A DNA stretch of 64,000 bases from Lytechinus pictus (taxonomy: Eukaryota). The notes below the pieces were generated by a model, which saw only the letters and a program-made list of their open reading frames with translations, did no database searches and was not told the DNA's origin. This document shows, one piece after another, positions 48,999-61,700 of the stretch; the first letter of the stretch is position 1, and the number at the start of each line of letters is the position of its first letter. The stretch is taken from contig NC_087245.1 of NCBI RefSeq assembly GCF_037042905.1, forward strand, positions 39,806,001 to 39,870,000, given 5' to 3'. A program made the position numbers and the translations under genes.

Positions 48999-50197
48999 AA
49001 CGATATTATGAAGGGAAAAATGCAGGAACCTTCGGTTTGCATCCAACGAACAACAAAATTAACCGATTCAGTATTCGCTGGTCAAAATGGAAAGTGGCTG
49101 GCAGCTTTTACTGTTACATTTTCAGGTTATTTGCTACACACAGTTCTAGAATACTATTGTTGGCATAAAGACAATGTTCCTCATTAAGTCTTCCCTCTCT
49201 GTTCAGGTAGGTAAAGTGGTTCTTTACTGTAACAACCATGGTATAAGAAAAAGGATGGGATTATGAAATACTATTTCATAATTTTCTGCTAACCTTTTGT
49301 TTCATATATATAAGCTCATACTAGCAGTGAAAGACCATATACATACCGTACACACCATGTATATTTGATGGGGACAAGACATTTGCTCCTGCGACAATTG
49401 CTCCAGTCTTAATAACTACGAGGGCGTAGGGTTGGAGTTCGGATTGTAACACAATATTTTTGGTTCAGAATGATGTAAAGATAATAATTAGGGTTTATTT
49501 ACAGTAGTTATGGAGATTGGATATCATGTTTGGTTAAACTTGCAGATTTTCCGTCAAGGCAATTGTTGCCAGAGCAAATGTCATGGAACCATTTGATACT
49601 TCAAATTTGAGGCAACTAGAATTTTAGAAATAAAATCTACATCAACACTGAAAATGGAGACTTATATAGCATGAGGATGATTTTTGATCCATTCTATGCA
49701 TAACCAACCTTTCTGAACGTCTGACCCCCCCTCCAAAAAAAAATCTCTATTCTCAAACATACTTCACTGCTCAAGCCATAGTAATAAGCATTATACGGTG
49801 AAATACAACTCGTCAAATGAAATTTATAGAAAAAACAAATTATTCCAGGAATGTTAGGGTGATCTAGGGCCGATTCCATAAAGACTTGTTATATATAATT
49901 AATAACAACTTTGCAATAAGAGTTTAAAGTGACTGAAATCATTCAATATGATCGGATGAAAGTAAACTTGTTCTAGAAATCATGCATTTGTTATTATAAC
50001 AAGGTTTTTATGAAACAGGACCCAGGGACATGTTTGGGATTACTCTTTGGGAGATTCTCTTAGTAATGGATAAAAAGATTGAATAAATACAAGATGGCTT
50101 TAATCTAGGCAGTGTTCCGATTGTTAAGTTGTCTACAGTTACTAAGGTAAAATTCAAAAATTCAATCAACAAACTTCCTCCTCATACTACAACATCA

Positions 50198-50368
50198 GGT
50201 AGGTGTTTCATAAAGCTGTTCGTAAAGTTACGCACAACTTTACGCACGACTGGAACATGTTCTTAGGTCACAAATCAATTATATAGGGATATCATTTAGC
50301 ACAAGAAATGATCACCAGTCCTGCGTAAAGTCATTCGTAACTTACGAACAGCTTGATGAAACACCACC
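50198..50368. mobile_element. PIF/Harbinger-like MITE
   Basis: GGTGTTTCATAAAGCTGTTCGTAA / TTACGAACAGCTTGATGAAACACC; CAG and CTG flanks; related element at about 49866-50022. Confidence 0.75.
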
Positions 50369-52407
50369 CTGGACCAAATACATTGTTTCTGCTTTCTTCA
50401 AGTTATGAAAATGCAATAACATAAACAAAAAATATGCATCCCATGCATAAATTGGCATAAAAAATAGGAGACAATAGCCAAAAATTCATGATAATTGATC
50501 ATTCATGGCAAATAAAAAGAGGGAAAAGGGTTATTGACTATTAACATTTCTTTAAAATTTCTGTGTCTTTAAAAGGCAGTTAAGCAATGACTATGCTGTA
50601 CAAACTAAAATACTACAAAAATATACAAATAAAGCAAATCTAAAAACCCTGAAATTCAAACAAATACTACACCAAGACATGTATCTCTTTCTATTACTAT
50701 TTTGCGGACAAGGATAAGGACGTCTTGTTTTCAAATCAAAATTACTTTTTCATCTGTGATGACGAATTTAAAGAGAATATTCAAGATTATATAGTGAAAA
50801 TATAATATATATTCAAATTGGACATACTGCAAAACAACTATGCAACTATAGTACATCTCCAAAGTACTATATAATAAAAAGGAATAACAAACCAATATAT
50901 AGCATTGTAAACTGCTTACCAAATAAAGTAACTTTCAGCATCCTCAAATGCGTATTACTCAATCATAGCCCAACTTGCAGTTGGGAACCGTTTACAATCG
51001 AAAAGGCGGACATCAAAGTGGGTTGATAGCTATAATAAGCAGTAATGCAACATAGCATACCTTACACACTTAACATGACATCCTGGATGTAATTTTTTTT
51101 TCAGAGAATTATTATGTATATATTTTTTTTTGTCCCTGGCTGACAAGAGGCTGCAATGGCAACATTCAAAACAAGGGTTTTCATAAGGGCCACATTCGTA
51201 GGTGGAAACCTTTACTTCGCTGCTATTCAACTCGCATTGAAAGCAAAGAGATCAAAGCCTCACTGCAGGGGGTCAAAGGGCCTGCCTGAATACCTCTTGT
51301 GTGTGTGTGGGGGGGGGGTATAGGGGCAAAGCCCGCAAAATGTTTGAATACAAGCCTTTTCAATTGGCCCCAAAACTCATGTGCAAAAAAAAGTGAACAT
51401 GAATTGGAACAAAATTTATGAGAAAATGAAATATTGTTAGTTATTTACGTTACGTTCACAGCTGTATGCACCACTTCACAAGGCCTGGTATGCCACAAGC
51501 GGCCCATGCCCAAAATGAGAACCCCTGATTTAAAATCATACTAGGCAAAAATAAACTGTTGTGTACAAAATGTGTATATACATCTACAAGTTTTATACTG
51601 AGCAGATAACACTTTTTCAGGGAGTTGGAGTCACACCTACACTCTCAAAAACCATTGGACATGCTCACAAACCGATGGCCCTTTCAATTGAGCAATATCA
51701 GGCAAAAGCAGCACCGATGCTTCTTTCAAATTCAATAGGAATTAATTTCAGTAGTAATACATACTACCCTCTAATGGCCAGAGTGTTTTCAAGGGCAAAA
51801 TCTATAAAGGGGTACAAAACCTCGCCACCTACATGTAGACTATGACTTCATACATACCAAATGAGCATCTTAACATCACCCCCGAAGCAGTTACTATCAA
51901 GTGATACCTCCTTTTCTTCTTGGAAAAATTACCACAGATGCTTCTTCACAAAGGACAATTAGTAGAATTTGCAATTGGCATATTGTGGATGGGGTATAAA
52001 AACTTTGTTTCTCAAAATTTCACATAGAAGAATTCCATTTCATCTTTCTTTCTTCATTTTTTCCCTCTTTCTTTAGAGTGAACAAATTTTGTAAACACAT
52101 TCATAACTCCTTACGCAACCTATTTCTTACACTCTTCAATATGCAAGCAGTAAATTGTCTAATGTCTATAACCAGAAGGAAATAGTTCATAATATACTCT
52201 ATATAATAATATCATATATAATCACACAGCAAAATATATTTCATACTTTTGATCTTTTTTCAAACACTTTTCAAGGAAGATCAATTTTTAATAAAGCATT
52301 AATTTCATGAATATATTATATTTTCATAGTGATCTGTAGTAATTTTTATTTTTTTATATACATGATCAACCACTATACCACTCTCATTCTTTTATCATAC
52401 CCCTTAA

Positions 52408-52971
52408 AGGACAAGTCCACCCCAACAAAAAGTTGATTTGAATAAAAAGAGAAAAATCCAACAAGCATAACACTGAAAATTTGACATTTTAAAGTTTCAC
52501 TTAATTTCAAAAAACAGTTATATGCAAATCCTGGTGAGTATGCAAATGAGGAACCTGATGAGGTCATCCACTCACTATTTCTTTTGTATTTTACTATATG
52601 AAATATTCTAATTTTATCCTCATTGTCAAGTGAAACAATGATTAATACCTCTCTGAACATGTGGAATTAGCATTGTTTAATACTTTATGGTTCAGTCAAG
52701 TTGGTCCTTATTGTCAAATCTTTAAAAATTGAAATATTGTATAATTCAAACAATAGAAAACAAAAGAAATAGTGAGTGATGGACATCATCGACTGACTCT
52801 TTTTCATGTCACCGAGTTGTGCATATCTCTGTTTCGTGAAAAATAAGCGAAACTTTGAAATGCCATAACTTTCTTATTTTACATCTGATTTTGATGAAAT
52901 TTTCAGCGTTATGCTTGTTTGATTTTCCTCTAAATATTCAAATCAACATTTTTCTGGAGTGGACTTGACCT
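52408..52971. mobile_element. Kolobok-type element family A, copy 5 (internal deletion)
   Basis: TTAA at 52404-52407; right flank TCAA (one mismatch). Confidence 0.85.
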
Positions 52972-54561
52972 TCAATATCACACAAAGGCTATGTTCCTTG
53001 CTATCACCCTTCTCAACAGAGCAGCAAATTTGAAGCTGCTAAACATACGGTTACGAACCACATTATTCTTATTCCTTGGAAAATTCAATACCATTTGCTT
53101 GTACATGTACGTATATATAGCCTGGGCTATTTTGAATTGCATAGGGGAGGGGGGATTCTCTCTCGTTTTCATCTCATTCGCAAATTAACGCCAAATTGAA
53201 TTGAGAATTGAAGCTATCATACAATCGCAAATGAAGATCAGCGGATAACTGCATAGTAAATTTTTCCAAAAATATTCAAACTCTGAATTGGAGTTTGGCT
53301 GTAAATCTTCAGAAGTGAACAGTACACAAGTATACGCATTTTGCTTAGCCAAGTAAAATGGCAAGCAATTTACTCAGCCAATCAATAGTTTGCATTGAAT
53401 ACCGGCTCGTGTAATAACAAGGAACATTAACAACAAAAAACTTCTTCTTTTTTTCCTTTTTTTTTTCCTAACTGCTCATACCATGATTAAAGTCAGACTG
53501 GAGCTAAAACTAAGGGCACATAACTTCCATACTCCAAATCTTGCAACTCATATATCACCATTAAACTTTAACAAACAACAAATGTTTAGCTTGAATGTCA
53601 GGATTCTCTCAACATTATCCAAAGTCTTTCATTCAATGATACTTCTGGAAACAATGAAAATATACAAAATATGGGGGATAAACAATTAAAATGTATGAAA
53701 AAACAAATATTACATATAGGAGAATATCATGATAAATTGCGGGAGTATAACTTTGAACTCCTGGAGATCAGAAATAAATTTTAATAGAATTTTATGAGCA
53801 CTTACATGCAAACTGTATCATGCTATATGCGATGCAGCAGTGCACATAAATTCAATGTGTCAATTCAGATCCAATTCTTTTCATGACAGCAAATAATAGG
53901 ATTAATTAGAATTGACAAAATAGAAAATACGTTTATACTTATCATTAAAGCTGAAAACGCCAAGTTTATAACACATCTACAGATCTAAACATAAGAGCAA
54001 TGTTCGCACAGGGCAAGCTTCAAACAGAACTGTGGACTACCAAAATCGGCACATTCCAAAATTGCATTGGATCAATTCCATACTGATATAAAAACATTTG
54101 ATGGCTGAGAGCAACGCATGTATCATTGCATCAGTGCCAGGACACTTCAAGCTCCAATCATTTGCAAATTGCATAAGTGTTTGATTCGCAAAAACATTCT
54201 ACTGTAGGCATTCTTGCATTCACATGGCAACATACTTAAGTCTAGTAATCACTATATATATGCCCTGAATATCTTCTCAAGTTAAGAATAGATTTTAAAA
54301 ATGTGTGTAGTCACTATATATTCACTATGTTGTGCAAGATATAGTATTGTGGTTCAGAGATACAAAATAGACAATTGTACAAAGTGGGAAAAATGCTTTC
54401 ATTAAATGAAAGTAAAATATACATATATGTGAACAATTTGAAAATGCCTAACTGTCTATAATGAAATTGACAGATGTCATTATGAGGACAACACACATTC
54501 CACAAGTGCTTAAAAGATGAAATATACATAACAAGAACGTAACAACTTCTGGCAACAATCA

Positions 54562-55719
54562 TCATAATTCTTCTCTCCGTACAGGAAAACTGGGAGGATC
54601 GACGACGGACTGAAAGACATCTTCACCTGGGATATGTTCCTGACCAAATGAACCAAGGTGCGACCTTTGCAAAGCATGCTGGGAGGTCAGAGTTGAACTG
54701 TTGTTATTGACATTCAGCATGCTTTCGCTTTCTCCTTCTATGCAACCTAAATCGAACCCGGACATTTCTGCCTCGCTCGCGTCTTTGCATAATGAGCTGG
54801 TGTCCAGTAACGGTTCCCGTTTGAGGAGAACGTCCGTTGGCGTGGAAACGGCACTACCTGTGGAATTTGAGGCATAGTCACTGCTATATTCCATTTGGGA
54901 GGTCAGAAGATCGGCTTTGGTCTCAAGATCTCTATCGCTCTTTTTCGTAACAATCAACTTCAGGTTCTCGTTCTTTCTCTCCACGATACCTGCCTTCTTG
55001 GTGGTCTCTCCTTCTTGAACGTCGCCCATCCCACTATCTTCCCGATCTTTATCCAATCCATCATCTCCTATAAAGCTTCCTTCTGAAACACATTCAGTCT
55101 GGCTTTCTCTGATAGGGTTCGTGTCGCAAGCAACAGCATCTGTTGCCTCTGCATCCCCACTGGTGATTGGCACTTCTTCTTTGCTTGCAGCAGGACTGCC
55201 ATCACTCGGTGAACTCTGTCCACCCTCGCCTTCGTTGGCCACAACGGTGCTCTCGCTGTCATCCGTAACATCTCCCGCTTCCTTTCCATCGTCACTCGCG
55301 CAGCTGCCGCTTTCATCGCTCTGACCAGCGCCCTCAACATGTGGTTTAACACTCTCCTTCTCATCTGCAACCTTGGATGTTCCCAGGCTTAACTTAGCTA
55401 AAGACACGTCACTCCCGTCATCAACGGAGGGCTCTCGTATACTTGGCACATCCTGGAACCGTTTGTCCTCTGTCACTTCGGACCCATCCTCTTCATCAAG
55501 TGTCTTTCCTTTTGCACTTGCAGCATTTTCAAGCTCACCAGTCTCCTCCAAGCTACTGCTTGGCACGATGTCAAAAGGCGCATCCTCTGGGAAGTCATAG
55601 ATATCCTCAACATCGGTTGCCGTGACGATTCCCGAAGAGAATGAGGACGATGCACTGATATCCTGGGGTATTGCACTGTGGGCCAGCTTTACACTGGTGG
55701 CAGCGTCCTCGTAATATTG
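54562..55719 (-). CDS. Bfr1-like gene, last coding exon (acidic Ser/Asp/Glu-rich tail ending REEL)
   Basis: Acceptor CCCTGCATAG|CAA; in frame with ORF 55566-54562. Confidence 0.88.
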   Translation of the reverse strand, partial: QYYEDAATSVKLAHSAIPQDISASSSFSSGIVTATDVEDIYDFPEDAPFDIVPSSSLEETGELENAASAKGKTLDEEDGSEVTEDKRFQDVPSIREPSVDDGSDVSLAKLSLGTSKVADEKESVKPHVEGAGQSDESGSCASDDGKEAGDVTDDSESTVVANEGEGGQSSPSDGSPAASKEEVPITSGDAEATDAVACDTNPIRESQTECVSEGSFIGDDGLDKDREDSGMGDVQEGETTKKAGIVERKNENLKLIVTKKSDRDLETKADLLTSQMEYSSDYASNSTGSAVSTPTDVLLKREPLLDTSSLCKDASEAEMSGFDLGCIEGESESMLNVNNNSSTLTSQHALQRSHLGSFGQEHIPGEDVFQSVVDPPSFPVRREEL

Positions 55720-58700
55720 CTATGCAGGGAAAGAGGAAAAGGCAAAGATTCAGTCTTGACAAGGATCTTACCTTGATAATTTAGTTGCTTACATATTAAA
55801 CAATTTTTATCCTTTTTTTTCTTTAATCATATATAAGTTTTGGTTATGACTCCATACATACCACATCAGCATTAACATCACTCCGAAACAGGTTAATTTT
55901 GTATCTATTCATATGATTGAACATTTCTTATAATGGAAAATAAAACAACAAAACACTTACTATCCAAAAGCCTGTTATTTTCTTGTCATTACCTTCATTG
56001 CAACTAATGTTTCTTCAAAGTCAAACAATGTACTTTTCTCTGCTTAAGTAGAGGCATGTTTTAAAGATAAATGCCATCTCAAAATGACTTTTTACAGAAT
56101 CCAATATAATGACCACCCAAGTGTCTGTTTGTATGAATAAAAAATATGTGCCAAAGGATTCTGGAAGAAATTATATACTTGCTGAGAAATAATCAAAATA
56201 AGCGCAGATTCGGGCACTTCCGTTGGGTCTTTATTCCAGCAATAATACACTGTACATAATATACACTGTCCCACTTGTGCCTATCTGTGTTGGTGATCTT
56301 CAGTGTGATCATTTTTCAGCTTAGATTTTATGGTTTCACAAAGTTCAGTTTATGTAACTGTACCAGATCTAGATCCACGATGATATAGTAATACTTAACC
56401 TTGGTTTTACAGACTGTCTCACGAAATCAGTGTTTTACTGCAACTACTTTCATTTAGCTTTAAGAAGGGCTTATGAGTTCAAGGTGGGTGGTTCGAGGAG
56501 GAGGAAAGGCCAAAGACGACACTAAAGAGGCAAGTGGAGGAGGAAAGTAGGAGGGTTTGGTCGAGGATGGAGGGATGCACTGAATCGGGCAAAGTGGAGT
56601 GAGGGGGGTAAGGGCAACTGCAGCGAAGTGTGAGATGAATCAGCCCAGCCCCTTTCACAGGGACAAAACAGAGAATAAAAAAACAAAGACACTCACCATT
56701 TTTTCCTGGAGTTTATCCAGACAATCCTGGATCTCGTTAGCAGTAGACGGAGCAGGAATACCCATGGACGTAAACTGATTGAAGATCTCTCGGCTGTGAC
56801 GGAGAGGCTTGTTCTGAGGTAATAACAGATAATAAAGGAAGGGTTCAAGTACATGTATTAAGCCAATAATGAGAGAGTATACAGGTCATGTTTTATTCTT
56901 ACACAACCTTCCAGTCATGCATTCTAGACACATCTAGCATTTAAAGGACAAGTCCACCCCAACAAAAAGATGATTTGAATAAAAAGAGAAAAATCCAACA
57001 AGCATAACACTGAAAATTTCATCAAAATCGGATGTAAAATAAGAAAGATATGGCATTATAATGTTTCGCTTAATTTCACACAACAGTTACATGCACATCC
57101 TGGTCGGTATGCACTGGACGAGCCTGATGATGTCATCCACTCGAAATTTCTTTTGTATTTTATCATAAAAAATAGGGAATATCCTAGTTTTCTCCTCATT
57201 GTCAAGTGAAACAACGATTTATTCCTCCCTGAACATGTGGAATGAGCATTGTTTAATACTATATGATTTAGTCAAGTTGGTCCTTATTGTCAAATCTATA
57301 AAAAATGAAATATTGTATAATTCAAACAATGAAAAACAAAAGAAATAGTGAGTGAGGGACATCATCAACTGTCCCATTTGAGTTGTGAATATCACTGTTT
57401 TGTGAAAAATAAGCGAAACTTTAAAATGTCATAACTTTCTTATTTTACATCCAATTTTGATGAAATTTTCAGCATTTTGCTAGTTTGATTTCTCTCTATT
57501 CAAATCAACATTTTTGGGGGGTGGACTTGACCTTTAAAGATAAAAAACTATGGAAATATTAACTGCAGAAGATAAATGTTCACAGAACTGAACAAAACTT
57601 ACACAGAATTAGAAAATATAAATAAATAAATATGTGCCAAAAAAAATTTAGGGAAAATTTATTATTACAGAGTAATGAACAAATGAAGATCGGAAAAATT
57701 TCTGAAAAATCCTATCATTTTATAGTGTGATCCCACATGTGGTTTGCTGTGTTATCTACACCAATAACAGCACATGATAATGAAATGAATATTCTATACG
57801 TATGATGAACACTTAATAAAGGAGAATGAAACCCTTGAAACCAGCTAAATCCATATCAAAGAGAAAAATCAAAGAAACATATTGTTGAAAGTTTGAGGAA
57901 GATTGAATGAATAATAAGAAAGTTATGAGCTTTTGAATATTGAGATCACTAATGCCATGTAGATCCTCCCATTGGCAATGCGACCAAGATCTGTGATGTC
58001 ACACACGTACAACTCCCTCATTACTTTAGTACTTATTTCACTTATATTCTCACTTTTATAGAGTCTATCACAAGGTGAGGTGTTCTCTTTATGAGAGCGC
58101 AAGTACAGAGGTTTCACAACATTATATCATTGATGAATCGTTTGTCATATGATTAGAATGAGCAAAAAGAGATGTTTTGGGGTATATTTTCAGTGTCCAA
58201 AAGGGGAGAGTTGTTCATCTGTGACATCACAGATCTTGGTCGCATTGCCAATGGGAGGATCTCCATAGCATTAGTAATCTCGACATTCAAATGCTCATAA
58301 CTCTTCTATTGCTAGTCCTATTTTACTCAAACTTTTGTTGATCTTATTCTTTGATTTTTCTGCTTTCACAAAAGCTAACTTGCTCCAAGAGTTTCATTCT
58401 CCTTTAAGGGTTGCTTCCATTTAATTCCTGTCAAAATTAGTTATCTACACCCGGGTCCTGTCTTACAAAGAGTTACGATTGATCCAATCAATCGTAATTC
58501 TATGGAAATCCATCAGTGTCATAATTTTTTCTACAGGAAATGTGCAAAATGTCCTTTGTAAACAAAGAGAAGCACAGTGAATTTTCAAGAAAACAAAGAA
58601 TGCATGAATATACATCATAGATGTGTAACAAACATGCATATTAGATGTCGATGTTGCTGGCTGTCAATAATTGTGATTGATTGGATCAATTGTAATTCTT

Positions 58701-61700
58701 TGTCAGACGGGGCCCAGAACTTGACCTTAAGTAGCTTTACTAACTGAGAAGCCATAAAATATGTTCTCTTCAAAAGTGAAGACGCTATCGCAATGATTTT
58801 TCATTTCAATGCACTTACCAGCCATGACTTTCTCCTACTCTTCTTTTTCTTCGAATTGGCAGCTTTTTCGAACACCTCATCGTCCTCATCGCCTTTCTTC
58901 CTCAGAATGGTGTATGACCCCTCCTCGTCTTTGAATGATGGACTCCGGCCAAGGGAACTCACTGTAGGAGGGATGAAAAAAGGGTTACCATTACTTTCAA
59001 GATATGTGATAGAGAGAATACTAGAGAGTAAATTGAGATTTTTCAAACTTTTCAAACTTCTATTTTTAACTGATTTTGATCAATATCTTTTAAACAAGTG
59101 GAGCGCCTCGGGCAGTCTCACCTGCATCACGCGATTCAATATAGCAGCAGTGCTGACTTTGAAAACTACTATAAAATAATTCACAAAAAACACCATTCAT
59201 ATAATGATACAATACTACGTTCATTGACAATAAATGACATTGGACCTTGATCATGCGACTAAGACTTGTCAGTGATACTTGATTACCCCTATATCCACAT
59301 TTTATAAACTATATCTATAAACTTTGAAAGTTATGACAGCAATCTAATAATTACCTCCAAAACGGCCAAAGTTCAATGACCTTTGACTTTAGTCATGTGA
59401 CCTGAAACTTGCAAGAGATGTTCAATTATACTTGATTACTCTTATGTCCAAGTTTTATGAACTAGACCAATAAACTTTCAAAGTTATGACGGTAATTCAA
59501 CAAATACCCCCTACTTGGCCAAAGTTCATTGACCCTAAATGACCTTTGACCTTTAATCATGTGACCTCAAACTTGCACAGGATGTTCAGTGATACTTGAC
59601 TACTATTATGTCCAAGTTTCATGAATCAGATCCATAAACTATCAAAGTTATGATGGTAATTCAACAGATACCCACAATTTGGCCAAAGTTCATTGACCCT
59701 AAATGACCTTTGACCTTGGTCATGTGACGTGAGACTCAAGCAGGATATTCAGTAATACTTGATTAACCTTATGTCCAAGTTTCATGAACTAGGTCCATAT
59801 ATTTTCTAAGTTATGATGACATTTCAAAAACTTAACCTTAGGTTAAGATTTTGATGTTGATTCCCCCAACATGGTCTAAGTTCATTGACCCTAAATGACC
59901 TTTGACCTTGGTCATGTGACCTGAAACTAAGGCAGGATGTTCAGTAATACTTGATTAACCTTATGGCCAAGTTTCATGAACTAGGTCCATATTCTTTCTA
60001 AGTTCTACTGTCATTTCAAAAACTTAACCTTCGGTTAAGATTTGGTGTTGATGCCGCCGCCGTCGGAAAAGCGGCGCCTATAGTCTCACTCTGCTTCGCA
60101 GGTGAGACAAAAATTGCTTCTCCCTCTCCTCCTTCTTCGTTAAAAATTGATATTTCCCCAGCATTTAATTTTAAGTTAGTTACGTACCTGAAGAAGATGG
60201 GCTGGCCCCGCTGAGGGGGCTACCCCCTTTGGGCAGCAGTCTATGGAGATAGGTCGTCAAACATTCAATCTGGGCACGCTCTTCTTGAAAAGGCTCTCTC
60301 GATGTCTCATACTCAAACCTGAGAAATGAAAACAAGAAAGTTATGAAATTATTTAGCTTCACACAGTAAATAAAATGTTCAAACAAAGAGGACACTCTAT
60401 TAGATTCACTGAATATATCTAGCATTTTGGCTGGCCATGACCTGGACTCGACGCGAGTTATCAAAGCCACAAGGAACAAGGCCAAGGATGAGGTCGAATC
60501 ATTGGAGAATGAGGCCAAGGCTGAGGAATGTCAAAGTCATCTAGGCCAGCCTCGAGGCCTCCAACATTGATTTTGTCCCCCACCCCCTTTCTTCATTTCA
60601 TTTCAAACTTGTATGTTATCTCTTAATTAGCAAATAAAAAGATAACCTACAAGCTGATAATTCTACATCATCTCAAGGATTTGTTTGATCAACAAGTGGA
60701 ACGCCTCTGGCAGTCTCGCCTGCATTGAGCAGTTCGATACAGCAACAGTGCTGCCTTTGAAAACAGCTAATGAATAATTATTCAAAGAAGAAAACACTAT
60801 TAAAATATGATGATAAAATATTATTTCCATTGACCCAAAATGACCTTTGACCATGATCATGTGACCTAAGACATGTGCAAAACAATCATTCATACTTGAT
60901 TACCCTTATATCGATGTTTCATGAGCTACATCCATAAACTTTCTAAGTTAACTTTTCTACGGGCAAATCAAGACTTGCGTGCACTCCTGCGGGCAACTAT
61001 GTGCAGATACGTGCAAGATACGGTCAATAGTCATGCGCAAGTCGCACGCAAGGCTTGCACGGAACCATGTGACAAAGCCTAATCCAAACTGGTTCAGGTC
61101 CAGCTGGAACCAGTCCGGGGAGTGAATGTGAACAAGGTCTACGGTTGCCTTACCATTCTCTTTTGTACGTGGCCTCCTGAGCCCTTTTCTCCTCTTCTTT
61201 CCGTCTCTCGTTCTCCAACTTTTGCCACTCGTTGTATTCCTTGTAATCGCGCATCTGCAGCTGGAAGTCGGCATTGAGCTGTCGCCGCTCGTCATACAAA
61301 CTGTCAATTTCTGTTTGAGGTACATAAAAGAATGCAGATGATGACGAGAGCAAAAATTTCAATGATAGCACAAGGTGACATCATTTTTAAAAGATCAACT
61401 GACATTTAGAAGCCATGTTTTTTAAGTCACATGACTTCAGGTTGGTATTCCAGACCTTCAGGTATTTGCAACTTCACTGCACAGCCAGTTTTTTCCGGCC
61501 GTTCGGGTTCACAAGGGTTAATAAAAAATGAGAGCAAAAATGAAAGGAGTACGATCAAAACGATGTAAACCTTACAATTACTCAGCTTCTTATTTCTAGG
61601 TCAAAATATGCAATTAAGGCTGTTTTGATTCCCTTCTTCTTCTTCTTCTTGATTATACTCCTCAACGTCCCTATTAGGAACCACCCTACATGAAGTCATG

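Noticed and set aside
48632..49187. Two antiparallel repeat-containing ORFs
   Set aside because: Explained by a 39-bp minisatellite; no recognisable domain or splice context.
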